Source of the DNA: an uncultured Acidobacteriota bacterium
GTDB taxonomy: Bacteria; Acidobacteriota; UBA6911; RPQK01; JAPXNP01
DNA: 64,000 bases
Assembly: GCA_963777605.1 (NCBI GenBank)
Contig: CAVZRV010000027.1
Coordinates: 320,001-384,000, forward strand
Direction: 5' to 3'
Numbering within the stretch: position 1 is the first letter of the stretch; each line of letters opens with the position of its first letter. A program made the position numbers and the translations under genes. Below are positions 29,095-41,690 of the stretch, in pieces. A model generated the notes under the pieces. The model did no database searches, was not told where the DNA came from, and saw nothing but the letters and a program-made list of their open reading frames with translations.

Positions 29095-29721
29095 TCACCC
29101 GAGCCCCAGGAGAGACTCAACCGTCTTCACGGCCTCGTTGGCGTCCGTTCCGAAGCCGTCGGCGCCTACCTTCTCGGCATATTCCCGGGTAACCGGGGCA
29201 CCCCCGATGACCACCCGGACCTCAGGCTGGTCTTTGAATTGCTCGACGATCGTCTTCATGTAAGGCATCGTCGTCGTCAGCAGGGCACTGCACAACACGG
29301 CTTGAGCACCCTGGGCAACGGCTCCCGAGAACTTGGCGACGTCACAGTCAACGCCCAGATCGATGACCTCATAGCCCGCGCCCTTCAGCATCATGGCAAC
29401 GAGGTTTTTTCCGATATCGTGGAGATCGCCTTTCACGGTGCCGATACAGACCTTTGCACGCGCCTTATGGCCGCTGGCCACCAAGCTCGGCTCGATCATG
29501 TCGAGGCCCGACTGCATCGCTCGTGCCGCAATCAGCATGTCGGGCACATAGACTTCGTTGCAGGAGAACCGTCGTCCCATTTCCCGCATTGCGGGGATCA
29601 TCGATTCGTTGAGCAAAACGACCACGTCATCGCCAGCGTCGAGTACCCCCTGCACCACCCTCTTGACGGTGTCCCGATCACCACGGCAAATGGCTTCAAA
29701 CAGCTCTTCATTCCTTACCAT
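29095..29721 (-). CDS. Corrinoid (cobalamin-binding) protein: MetH cap plus B12-binding domain
   Basis: GTVKGDLHDIGKNLV, DLGVD, SALLTTTM and IGGAPVT motifs; AGGAG RBS. Confidence 0.93.
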   Translation of the reverse strand: MVRNEELFEAICRGDRDTVKRVVQGVLDAGDDVVVLLNESMIPAMREMGRRFSCNEVYVPDMLIAARAMQSGLDMIEPSLVASGHKARAKVCIGTVKGDLHDIGKNLVAMMLKGAGYEVIDLGVDCDVAKFSGAVAQGAQAVLCSALLTTTMPYMKTIVEQFKDQPEVRVVIGGAPVTREYAEKVGADGFGTDANEAVKTVESLLGLG

Positions 29722-29930
29722 CCGGCATACTCCTTTCTGAACTTCACGCGCGACCCTGGTCCGGACTAACCGAAGAAACATCGCATCTTCGCGGGCAAAA
29801 GTCCAGAGGACTAATGGTCAGACCGTTACGCCAGCTCTGAGTTATTCGCGGGCAATGGAGATTTGACTAAAGTTCCACAAAGTCAGCGACGATTTCTCAC
29901 TTGAGAGCATCTTGTCCAATTGGAGGGATC

Positions 29931-30149
29931 ATGCGACCACAAGAACTTCGTCTCGGATGTCTGGTGAGAGCAAAACAGAGGAGCCCGCTCTTCCGGCAGG
30001 GGGCTCTATTCAGAGTGGTCTCCCTGCTCGAGGGTCCCAGGGATGCCGCTTTTGTCGCGTGCCGAGCGGTTGGCATAGCACCTTTTCGGGTCTGGTACTT
30101 TCGCGTTCCCGACCTCGAACCTGCCCATGCTGCCACTCTTGCGCGGTAA
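29931..30149 (+). CDS. Small hypothetical protein, 72 aa, possibly SH3/KOW-like
   Basis: GGAGG RBS at 29922; MRPQELRLGCLVRAK...GALFRVVSL; followed by an imperfect hairpin with a T-run near 30175-30203. Confidence 0.45.
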   Translation: MRPQELRLGCLVRAKQRSPLFRQGALFRVVSLLEGPRDAAFVACRAVGIAPFRVWYFRVPDLEPAHAATLAR

Positions 30150-30372
30150 CTCTTTTCACCCTGCGCCGCCCCTCAAGCCGGGACCGAACAACCGGGGCTT
30201 TTTCCGCGAGAGGTCGAGTCTGATAGGCGGCCTTAAAAGCACTTGATTCAGCCGGGCCGAAAGCGTCAGAATAGGCGCGCTCAATTCGGGCACGTTTCAA
30301 AAATCACGATCAGGTTAAAATCTTAAATTGCGATCAGAAGTTTAGGCTTAACTGATTCTTCAGGGGGTCACA

Positions 30373-30647
30373 ATGCTTTGGAACAACCAGGAATTTGAAG
30401 AAGTCACCTTGCCGCTGTGGTTGCGGCCCGAAGATGATGACGATTTGGACGATTTCGAGGAGGATGACGATTTCGAGGATTTCGACGACGATGACGACGA
30501 CGATGACTTCGATGATTTCGACGACGACTTCGACGACGACGACGACGATGATGACTTAGATGACTTCGACGACGACGGCGATTTCGACGACATCGACGAC
30601 GACGATTCCGACGACGAGATGACGACGACGAAGACTACTTCCAATAG
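30373..30647 (+). CDS. Extremely acidic low-complexity protein (~91 aa) with a probable 1-nt deletion near 30618
   Basis: GAC/GAT/GAG-rich frame with mixed synonymous codons; shifted frame ends DDDDEDYFQ-TAG at 30645-30647. Confidence 0.7.
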
Positions 30648-30689
30648 CACCGGGCTTGATCGGTTCGCGCACGGGTGTGGATCCTTCTA

Positions 30690-31142
<453 letters not shown>

Positions 31143-31206
31143 TCACGATTCGCCTCGCCTCCACAATGGGATGCAGTTCAGTTACCAATCAGGAAAGCGA
31201 GTTCCC

Positions 31207-32253
31207 ATGTTCGACCCTGCAGAACACCCTCATCGAAGACTCAACCCATTGACGGGAGAATGGCTGGTGGTCTCCCCGCATCGCGCCAAGCGTCCATGGC
31301 TTGGGCACCAGGCGTCACCGGCTTCCGAAAACCAGCCCGAGTATGATCCGAATTGCTATCTCTGTCCCGGTAACCGGAGAGCGGAAGGAGCGGTAAACCC
31401 GTCCTACACCTCCACGTTCGTGTTCGGCAACGATTTCCCCGCACTCCTGTCAGACGCCCCGGAAGGAGGAAGAGACCAGGAGGGTCTCCTGGTCTCCAGG
31501 AGCGAACGCGGGACCTGCCGGGTGCTTTGCTTCTCCCCGCGACACGATCTGGACCTGGCCCGGATGGAGGTCGATCAGATTGCTCGAGTCGTCTCAGTCT
31601 GGTCCGACCAGGTCGGAGAACTCTCCCGCCGTCCATCGGTCCAGTACGTTCAGATCTTTGAGAACCGGGGAGAAATGATGGGATGCAGCAACCCCCATCC
31701 CCACTGCCAGATCTGGGCGTGCGAGTCGATTCCAAACGAACCGCTGAAGGAAGCCCAGACCCAGGCGGCATTCCTGGATGCCCACGGTTGTTGCCTGCTC
31801 TGCCGATATCTCGAACTGGAACTGGAACTGGGCGAACGGGTAGTGTTCGAAAACCCCCATTTTGTTGTCGTAGTACCCTACTGGGCTGTCTGGCCGTTTG
31901 AAACTCTCGTTCTGAGCCGCCGGCACACGGGCACATTCGAAGAACTAACTCCGGAAGAGCGAACTTCACTTGCCGACGCACTGAAGCGGATCACGACCCG
32001 GTACGACAACCTTTTCCAGACTGCGTTCCCCTACTCGATGGGATTCCACCAACGTCCGTTTGACGGGGAAATCTACCCAGGTTGGCACCTTCACGGTCAC
32101 TTCTATCCCCCCCTGCTACGTTCGGCGACGGTGCGAAAGTTCATGGTCGGATTCGAAATGCTGGGCACTCCCCAGCGCGACATCACGGCCGAATCAGCCG
32201 CCGAGCGCCTTCGCTCGCAGTCTGAGGTGCATTACCGCCTCGAAACTCGTTGA
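31207..32253 (+). CDS. galT: Galactose-1-phosphate uridylyltransferase
   Basis: [18 protein letters not shown] and [10 protein letters not shown] catalytic motif. Confidence 0.96.
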   Translation: MFDPAEHPHRRLNPLTGEWLVVSPHRAKRPWLGHQASPASENQPEYDPNCYLCPGNRRAEGAVNPSYTSTFVFGNDFPALLSDAPEGGRDQEGLLVSRSERGTCRVLCFSPRHDLDLARMEVDQIARVVSVWSDQVGELSRRPSVQYVQIFENRGEMMGCSNPHPHCQIWACESIPNEPLKEAQTQAAFLDAHGCCLLCRYLELELELGERVVFENPHFVVVVPYWAVWPFETLVLSRRHTGTFEELTPEERTSLADALKRITTRYDNLFQTAFPYSMGFHQRPFDGEIYPGWHLHGHFYPPLLRSATVRKFMVGFEMLGTPQRDITAESAAERLRSQSEVHYRLETR

Positions 32254-32270
32254 GTCCATCCAGATTGACG

Positions 32271-33431
32271 TTACTCCACCGGCCAGGATCGGACTCCGTC
32301 CGACGGTTTGCAAACGTACACCGCACAGTCCTTGCCGGTCCGTTCCCTGTATCCCCCGGACAGGTAATTGCGAAAAGCGTCAACACTCTCCGTGCGAACG
32401 AGATTGACGGTACACCCGCCGAAACCGGCCCCGGTCATGCGCGCTCCGGCAGTCCCCCGGACTTCCGAAGCCAGATCCACCAGGACATCCAGTTCAGGAC
32501 AACTAACTTCGTAATCGTCCCGCAGGCTTTGATGGGATTCATAGAGCAGGCGTCCGTACGAGGCGATGTCGCCTCGCTTCAACATTTCGATCCCACGGAT
32601 CACCCGCTCGTTTTCAGAGATCACGTGGCGGGCCCGGCGATAGACAACGCCGTCGAGGAGCGCCTCGTGTTCCTCCAGCTGTTCTAGCGTGACATCCCGC
32701 AAAGCGCAGATCTCACCCAGTACCGGCCGCAGGGCCTCGACCGCCGCTTCACATTCGGAACGACGCTGATTGTAGGCCGACGAGTCGAGCGAACGCTGCA
32801 CCCGGCTATCACAAACAACCACGCTGATGGCACTGCTGAGAGGGAATGCCGAGTAGGAGAGATCCCGGCAATCGATCAGGATCGCACTTCCTTCCTGGGC
32901 AAGCGTGGAGACGAATTGGTCCATGATTCCGCACTGAACACCCACAAATTCCCGTTCGGCGGCCTGGCTCAGCAGGGCCAGGTCAACGGGAGTAATGTCG
33001 AGTTGAAACAGAACTCGAAGCGTCTCAGCGACCGCCACCTCCAGGGCCGCAGAGCTGCTGAGGCCGGCGCCGACAGGAACGTTCCCGCTCAGAACAAGAT
33101 CGACTCCCCGGGGACGGTACTCCTTTTTCAGATACTGCTGGAACACCCCCCGAAGGTAGTTGCTCCACGGGGCCTCATTTGAGTACTCCAGGGAACCGAG
33201 GCTAAAACGGCTCTCCTGTTGAAAGTCCAGCGAGTAGGCCCGAACATCTTCGTCTTCCCGCGGTGCGGCAGCGATGGAAAGATACCGGTCGATTGCGGCC
33301 GGGAACACAAATCCGTCGTTGTAGTCGGTATGCTCTCCCAGGATGTTCACCCGGCCTGGCGCCTGTGTAAACAGGCTGGGCCTTCGGTTGAACCTGGTCG
33401 AAAACTCCGACAGCAGCATGTCCCGGTCCAT
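32271..33431 (-). CDS. galK: Galactokinase
   Basis: APGRVNILGEHTDYNDG, PVGAGLSSSAA, CGIMDQ and GARMTGAGFGG motifs. Confidence 0.96.
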   Translation of the reverse strand: MDRDMLLSEFSTRFNRRPSLFTQAPGRVNILGEHTDYNDGFVFPAAIDRYLSIAAAPREDEDVRAYSLDFQQESRFSLGSLEYSNEAPWSNYLRGVFQQYLKKEYRPRGVDLVLSGNVPVGAGLSSSAALEVAVAETLRVLFQLDITPVDLALLSQAAEREFVGVQCGIMDQFVSTLAQEGSAILIDCRDLSYSAFPLSSAISVVVCDSRVQRSLDSSAYNQRRSECEAAVEALRPVLGEICALRDVTLEQLEEHEALLDGVVYRRARHVISENERVIRGIEMLKRGDIASYGRLLYESHQSLRDDYEVSCPELDVLVDLASEVRGTAGARMTGAGFGGCTVNLVRTESVDAFRNYLSGGYRERTGKDCAVYVCKPSDGVRSWPVE

Positions 33432-33631
33432 TGCGTCCTCCTTCTGCCCCCTGGAAACCGGAGATCCGGGGCGCCCAGAGTATAGCTGAGCCGGGATTCA
33501 ACGGTAAAGAATCCTCCCCTGTCCGGAGGAACCGGCAACCATCGCCGACTCCCGCGTATCCTCGACGATCTCGCCTTTTCCTTTGCCGGAGAGGGAGTTT
33601 AAGATGGGGAGGACACCAGTTAAACCCGTGA

Positions 33632-36793
<3,162 letters not shown>

Positions 36794-36887
36794 ATTGCGT
36801 GGGGGCTCTGAATCACGGTGCCATACGGACCGTTTGGGTGGGATCCGGAATACTCATAGATTCATTTCCGTAGCCAAAGGGAGGGTC

Positions 36888-37898
36888 ATGCAGCTGAAAG
36901 GGGGAAGGTTTGCTCGGGGCCATCGAGCAGAAATAGTGCCGATTTCCGGAGGGAAGGGTGGCGTCGGGAAAACGCTCGTTGCGTCCAACGTGGCTATCGG
37001 CCTGGCACAGGCCGGTCATTCCACGGTCGTCGTAGACCTCGACCTCGGGGCGTCGAACCTGTTCGCCTTCCTTGGCCTCACCAACCGGTATCCGGGGATC
37101 GGGGATTTTCTGAAAGCCCGGAGAGGAAAACTGGAAGACCTTTTGGTCCAGACCGACGTCCCAAATCTTTACTACCTGCCGGGTGACGGCCGGACCCCCT
37201 TCATGGCGAACATCGGTTTCGCGCAGAAACAGAAACTCCTGACGGCCCTGTATTCCCTCCCTTTCGAGTATGTCCTGCTCGATCTCGGCTCGGGCTCCAC
37301 CTTCAACACGCTCGATTTCTTCGCCATGGGGAAGACGGGCTTGATGGTCACGACCCCGGACTATCCTGCCGTCGTGAACATGCTCACCTTTTTGAAGAAT
37401 CACCTGTTTCGCAGTATCGAGAGGTCGGTTTCCCCCAACCACTCTGTGAAGGGTATTCTCCAGGAACTCTATTGCCAGCCCATCGAGGAGCAGGTCAGCT
37501 CGGTTTCATCCCTGCAGGCTCAGATCAGGGAAGAAGATCCGGCGGCTGCCGAGACGGTAGCGAGGATCTGCAACGAGTTCCGCCCGCGGATCGTGTTCAA
37601 CATGGGAACTTCCCCCAAGGACCTCGAGTTTACCGACCAGATCGACGAGGGATTACGGAATGTTCTCTATCTCGAAGCGGACTACTTCGGATTCATCTTC
37701 ATGGATGCGCAGGTGCGTTCATCGGTGCGAGAGCGCCAACCACTTGTCCTGAGCCATCCCGAGAGCCCTGCCGCACAGGAGATGATCAAGATCGCCGACC
37801 GAATTCTGCGCTTCTGGTCCACGCCGGTCCCCAACAGCTCCGATTTAATTTTGAACCACGCCCGCAAAACTTTCGACGAGCACTTCCAAGGCCACTAG
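36888..37898 (+). CDS. MinD/FlhG-like P-loop ATPase
   Basis: Deviant Walker [10 protein letters not shown]; [10 protein letters not shown]; LLDLGSG. Confidence 0.88.
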   Translation: MQLKGGRFARGHRAEIVPISGGKGGVGKTLVASNVAIGLAQAGHSTVVVDLDLGASNLFAFLGLTNRYPGIGDFLKARRGKLEDLLVQTDVPNLYYLPGDGRTPFMANIGFAQKQKLLTALYSLPFEYVLLDLGSGSTFNTLDFFAMGKTGLMVTTPDYPAVVNMLTFLKNHLFRSIERSVSPNHSVKGILQELYCQPIEEQVSSVSSLQAQIREEDPAAAETVARICNEFRPRIVFNMGTSPKDLEFTDQIDEGLRNVLYLEADYFGFIFMDAQVRSSVRERQPLVLSHPESPAAQEMIKIADRILRFWSTPVPNSSDLILNHARKTFDEHFQGH

Positions 37899-39214
37899 GG
37901 CAAGCGGGTCCGGTTGCGTGTCAACACCTCGTCCAGGGTTTCGACAACCCGGTCCCCATCGTCCCGGGAAAACACGAGAGGGGGCTTGATCTTGATTACA
38001 TTGTGAAAGGGTCCGTCCGTGCTGAGGAGGATACCGCGCTGCTTCATCTCCTCAACGATCGCAGTGGCTGCAGACCCTGCCGGTTCCCGGCTGTCCCGGT
38101 CAATAACGAGTTCGACGCCGATGAACAGGCCTCGTCCCCGGACATCTCCGACCAGGGGATGGCGCTTCATCAACTCGCGCAGACCATTCAAGAACGATGT
38201 GCCGACCTCGGCGGCATGTTGCTGGAGTTCCTCTTCTTCGATGACCCTGAGAACCGCCAGCCCAACGGCACAGGAAACCGGGTTCCCGCCGAACGTGTTG
38301 AAGTACTCCATTCCATTGCAGAACGAATCGGCAATCTCCCGTGTCGTGATCACTGCCGCCAGAGGGTGTCCGTTACCGATCGGTTTTCCGGCAGTCACCA
38401 CGTCCGGCACGACCCCCTGCATTTGAAACCCCCAGAAGTTGCTCCCCACCCGTCCGAATCCGACCTGAACTTCGTCGGAAATGCAGACACCTCCGGCCCT
38501 TCGCACGCCCTCAAAGGAAGCACGGAGATAGCCATCCGGCAAAACCACCTGCCCCCCGCAGCTCACGATCGATTCTGCGATGAATCCCGCCAGGCCCAGC
38601 TCACGTGTTCGCTCGGCTGCTTCGGTCACCTCGGCGGCGTAGAGTGCCCCCAGGTCGCCGTCCCGGTCCCGGAATTTGCCCCGGTATCGATCCGGGATCG
38701 GCACCTTGTGGGTGTGCGAAGGAGCACCCGCGCCGCCTTTCCCATCGAACTTGTAGGGACTGATTTCGATCAGGTCTCCGGTGTGGCCGTGGTAGGCATG
38801 ATCGACCACGATCATGTCGCGCGACCGGGTGTGGGTCCGGGCCAGGCGAAGAGCCAGATCGTTGGCTTCGCTCCCCGAGTTCACGAAGAAACAGACTTCC
38901 AGCGGATCGGGAAGGGTATCGGTAAGCCGGTTCGCATATTCAACGATGTTGGGATGGAGGTAGCGTGTATTGGTGTTGAGGTTCGCCATCTGGCGCGCTG
39001 CCGCCTCAACAACTCTTGGGTGGCAGTGCCCCACATGACAGACATTGTTGACGCAGTCCAGGTAGCGGCGGCCCTGGTCGTCGAACAGGTACTGTCCCCG
39101 ACCCTTCACAATCAGCAAGGGCTCGCGGTAGGAGAGGCTGAGCGAGGGGCCGATCCGACGCCTGCGTTCCGCCAGAATTGTCTCTCGTGGGTCCGAAGCT
39201 CCATCGATGTTCAT
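37895..39214 (-). CDS. Class III PLP aminotransferase, AGXT2L/phospho-lyase-like
   Basis: [48 protein letters not shown] and YFNTFGGNP motifs. Confidence 0.9.
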   Translation of the reverse strand: MNIDGASDPRETILAERRRRIGPSLSLSYREPLLIVKGRGQYLFDDQGRRYLDCVNNVCHVGHCHPRVVEAAARQMANLNTNTRYLHPNIVEYANRLTDTLPDPLEVCFFVNSGSEANDLALRLARTHTRSRDMIVVDHAYHGHTGDLIEISPYKFDGKGGAGAPSHTHKVPIPDRYRGKFRDRDGDLGALYAAEVTEAAERTRELGLAGFIAESIVSCGGQVVLPDGYLRASFEGVRRAGGVCISDEVQVGFGRVGSNFWGFQMQGVVPDVVTAGKPIGNGHPLAAVITTREIADSFCNGMEYFNTFGGNPVSCAVGLAVLRVIEEEELQQHAAEVGTSFLNGLRELMKRHPLVGDVRGRGLFIGVELVIDRDSREPAGSAATAIVEEMKQRGILLSTDGPFHNVIKIKPPLVFSRDDGDRVVETLDEVLTRNRTRLP

Positions 39215-39253
39215 GACAGTCACCTCAAACAATCGGGAAATTCGTCGGCCGGC

Positions 39254-40300
39254 TCAAAATACCAGACCCTCCCGGGCCGCCACCATTTCCTCTCCAAATT
39301 CGTCCAAATTCACTTCCGCGAGGGCTCCGAGCAGGTTCCAGGCCGGCCGTTCCGAGATGGTCAGGTATTCGTTGTCGGGGGCCTGTTGCTTCTGCCGTGC
39401 CGAATTGGAGACGCTCAAACAGAGCCGGATCGCGATCAGATAGCCAAGCCAGCTGCATTCGGAGGCTGGGAGAGAGAATCTCCGATGATACCCGCAGACG
39501 ATTCGAGCGGCGATCGCTCTCGGGTCTGCCTTCGCCATCATCAGGTAAGCACAGGCATTGGCTACCTCGCAGGCGGTGAACGTCCTCACCATGTCGCCAA
39601 AGTCGATCAGCCCGGTCAGCCGGACAGGTCGAACATCTCGGTCTACGAGCAGGTTGTAGTCATTGGCGTCGTTGTGGATTACGCTCCGGCGCATGTCTCC
39701 AGATATGGGCAGGAACCGGTCACGAAATGGGGCCACAAAATGGTCGAGAAGTCGCCGCTTGCCCCTGTCTTCCAGAAAGCGGCGGTTCCCTTCGATCGTC
39801 TCCAGCGCGTGTCGGGAGTCCCAGTAGAGGTAACGATCCATGGCCGCATGCTCGAAACCTTCGAGAACGCGGTCCACAAGCCCCAGGAGTTCCCCGACCT
39901 GTTCCATGAGCGAGTCGGGGATATCGACAGCGGAACCCAGCGGTACCCCTGCCAGGTAGTTGCCCAGTCGCACCTGGTGGGTGCCGTAACTACTCTCCAC
40001 GGGAACAGACAGGGCACCGCCCAGACTGTGCAAGAGGGAGGGCACCCGTTCGCCCGCGGAACTCCCGTTCAAACGTGCAAGGGCCTGATTCTGAAAGTCG
40101 AGCACTTCAGGACTTTCATCGGGGTGGGCGATCCTCAGGACGTAGGCAGCTCCCTCCGAAGTGACCAATCGGAAGTTCTGGTCCCGCTCGCTGGGCAATT
40201 CAGTTGCGGAACAATCCTCGAGCCCGAACCTGGATCCAGCGATCCGACAGGCTTCCTCAACGGAGAAACAGGGTTTCCGGCTGACCAGCATCGGCATCAA
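39254..40300 (-). CDS. APH-family phosphotransferase, hydroxylysine-kinase-like
   Basis: LPSERDQNF, VIHNDANDYN and GLIDFGDM motifs. Confidence 0.85.
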   Translation of the reverse strand: MMPMLVSRKPCFSVEEACRIAGSRFGLEDCSATELPSERDQNFRLVTSEGAAYVLRIAHPDESPEVLDFQNQALARLNGSSAGERVPSLLHSLGGALSVPVESSYGTHQVRLGNYLAGVPLGSAVDIPDSLMEQVGELLGLVDRVLEGFEHAAMDRYLYWDSRHALETIEGNRRFLEDRGKRRLLDHFVAPFRDRFLPISGDMRRSVIHNDANDYNLLVDRDVRPVRLTGLIDFGDMVRTFTACEVANACAYLMMAKADPRAIAARIVCGYHRRFSLPASECSWLGYLIAIRLCLSVSNSARQKQQAPDNEYLTISERPAWNLLGALAEVNLDEFGEEMVAAREGLVF

Positions 40301-40421
40301 TCACTCCGCCGTCGTTCCGGCCCAAAAGGGCCGGGCCCAAAACGAGAAAAGGGGTGCCGAACCGTTGCCGGTTCGACGCCCCCGCGCAAAGACACGATCC
40401 TCGAGGTCGGCCCAGGCCGGC

Positions 40422-41522
40422 TCAGTTCGCCTGACGCCCTCCGACTCCACGGGTGTCGCTGGTGATCTGGCGGGCCTGCTCCTTGGGACGGAGATCGCGG
40501 GTCGCCTTGCCCGCCTGCCACATCTCGGAGTTTCCCAGTTCCTGAAGTTCCGCCCGCAGCTTGTCCTGGTAGTCGGGAGTTCCGCAGGCCTCGATCACTC
40601 GACGCGTTTCCACACCGCTCCTGACGCGCGCGTAGAGTTCCTCGAAAACCGGGAGAGTAGCTTCCTTGAAGCGGGGCTTCCAGTCGAGGGCTCCGCGCTG
40701 GGCGGTGGCCGAGCAGTTCACGTACATCCAGTCCATTCCGTTTTCACCGACCAGACGGATCAGGCTCTCGGTGAGCTCTTCGACGGTTTCATTGAAGGCC
40801 TCACTCGGACTGTGCCCGTTCTGACGGAGCACCTGGTACTGGGCTTCCATGATGCCTGCCAGTGCCCCCATCAGGACTCCGCGTTCCCCGGTCAGGTCGG
40901 AATAGACCTCGTTCTCGAAAGTGGTCGGGAAAAGGTAGCCCGATCCGATGGCGATACCGACCGCAATGGCCCGTTCCTGCGCCCGTCCGGTTGCGTCCTG
41001 GGCGACCGCAAAACTCGAGTTGATACCGGCGCCGGAAAGGAAGTTCCTCCGGACCGAGGTTCCCGATCCCTTCGGTGCAACAAGAATCACGTCGACATCA
41101 TCCGAAGCCACAACGCCGGTCTGGTCATTGTAGACATAGGCAAACCCGTGGGAGAAGTAGAGCGCGTCTCCCGGGTTCAAAGCCGCTTTGATGGTAGGCC
41201 AGATCGCCTTCTGGGCCGCATCGGAAACCAACATCTGGATGATCGTCCCGCGCTGCGCGGCCTCTTCGATCTCAAAGAGGGTCTCGCCCGGAACCCAGCC
41301 GTCAGCAACCGCCCGGTCCCAGTCCCGCTTGAACTGGCTCGACTGCCCGATGATGACATTGAAGCCATTGTCCTTCATGTTCAAGGCCTGAGCCGGTCCC
41401 TGAACTCCATATCCAATAACCGCAATCGTCTCATCCTTGAGAACTTCCTGGGCGCGGGCCACTGGAAACTCCTCCCGGGTGATGACTTCTTCGCTGACTC
41501 CTCCAAAATCGATCGTTGCCAT
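40422..41522 (-). CDS. ilvC: Ketol-acid reductoisomerase
   Basis: IAVIGYGVQG, LYFSHGF, VAPKGSG, SDLTGERGVLMG and CSATAQRG motifs. Confidence 0.95.
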   Translation of the reverse strand: MATIDFGGVSEEVITREEFPVARAQEVLKDETIAVIGYGVQGPAQALNMKDNGFNVIIGQSSQFKRDWDRAVADGWVPGETLFEIEEAAQRGTIIQMLVSDAAQKAIWPTIKAALNPGDALYFSHGFAYVYNDQTGVVASDDVDVILVAPKGSGTSVRRNFLSGAGINSSFAVAQDATGRAQERAIAVGIAIGSGYLFPTTFENEVYSDLTGERGVLMGALAGIMEAQYQVLRQNGHSPSEAFNETVEELTESLIRLVGENGMDWMYVNCSATAQRGALDWKPRFKEATLPVFEELYARVRSGVETRRVIEACGTPDYQDKLRAELQELGNSEMWQAGKATRDLRPKEQARQITSDTRGVGGRQAN

Positions 41523-41690
41523 TGCTTCACTCCTTGGGTAAAGGGGTCAACTCCTGCATCCGGCGACGGCTTGCGGCCCGGACAGGAGTGGATGTTCGGT
41601 CGGCGGACTATATACTACGTCCCCACATCCAGTTCAACTTGAGCGGTCGCCGCACCACGTGTAACGCGTTCAGAAACAGACGGTTCATGC

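Noticed and set aside
29722-29900. Cobalamin or SAM riboswitch upstream of the corrinoid gene (also checked upstream of 20256 and 11908)
   Set aside because: No B12-box or S-box consensus recognisable by eye
30430-30635. GAC-rich tract as a CRISPR array, microsatellite or poly-Ser minus-strand ORF
   Set aside because: No repeat-spacer structure; third-position variation fits Asp/Glu coding on the plus strand
37472-40465. 997-aa plus-strand ORF
   Set aside because: Antisense shadow of the kinase and aminotransferase genes in GC-rich DNA; no recognisable motifs
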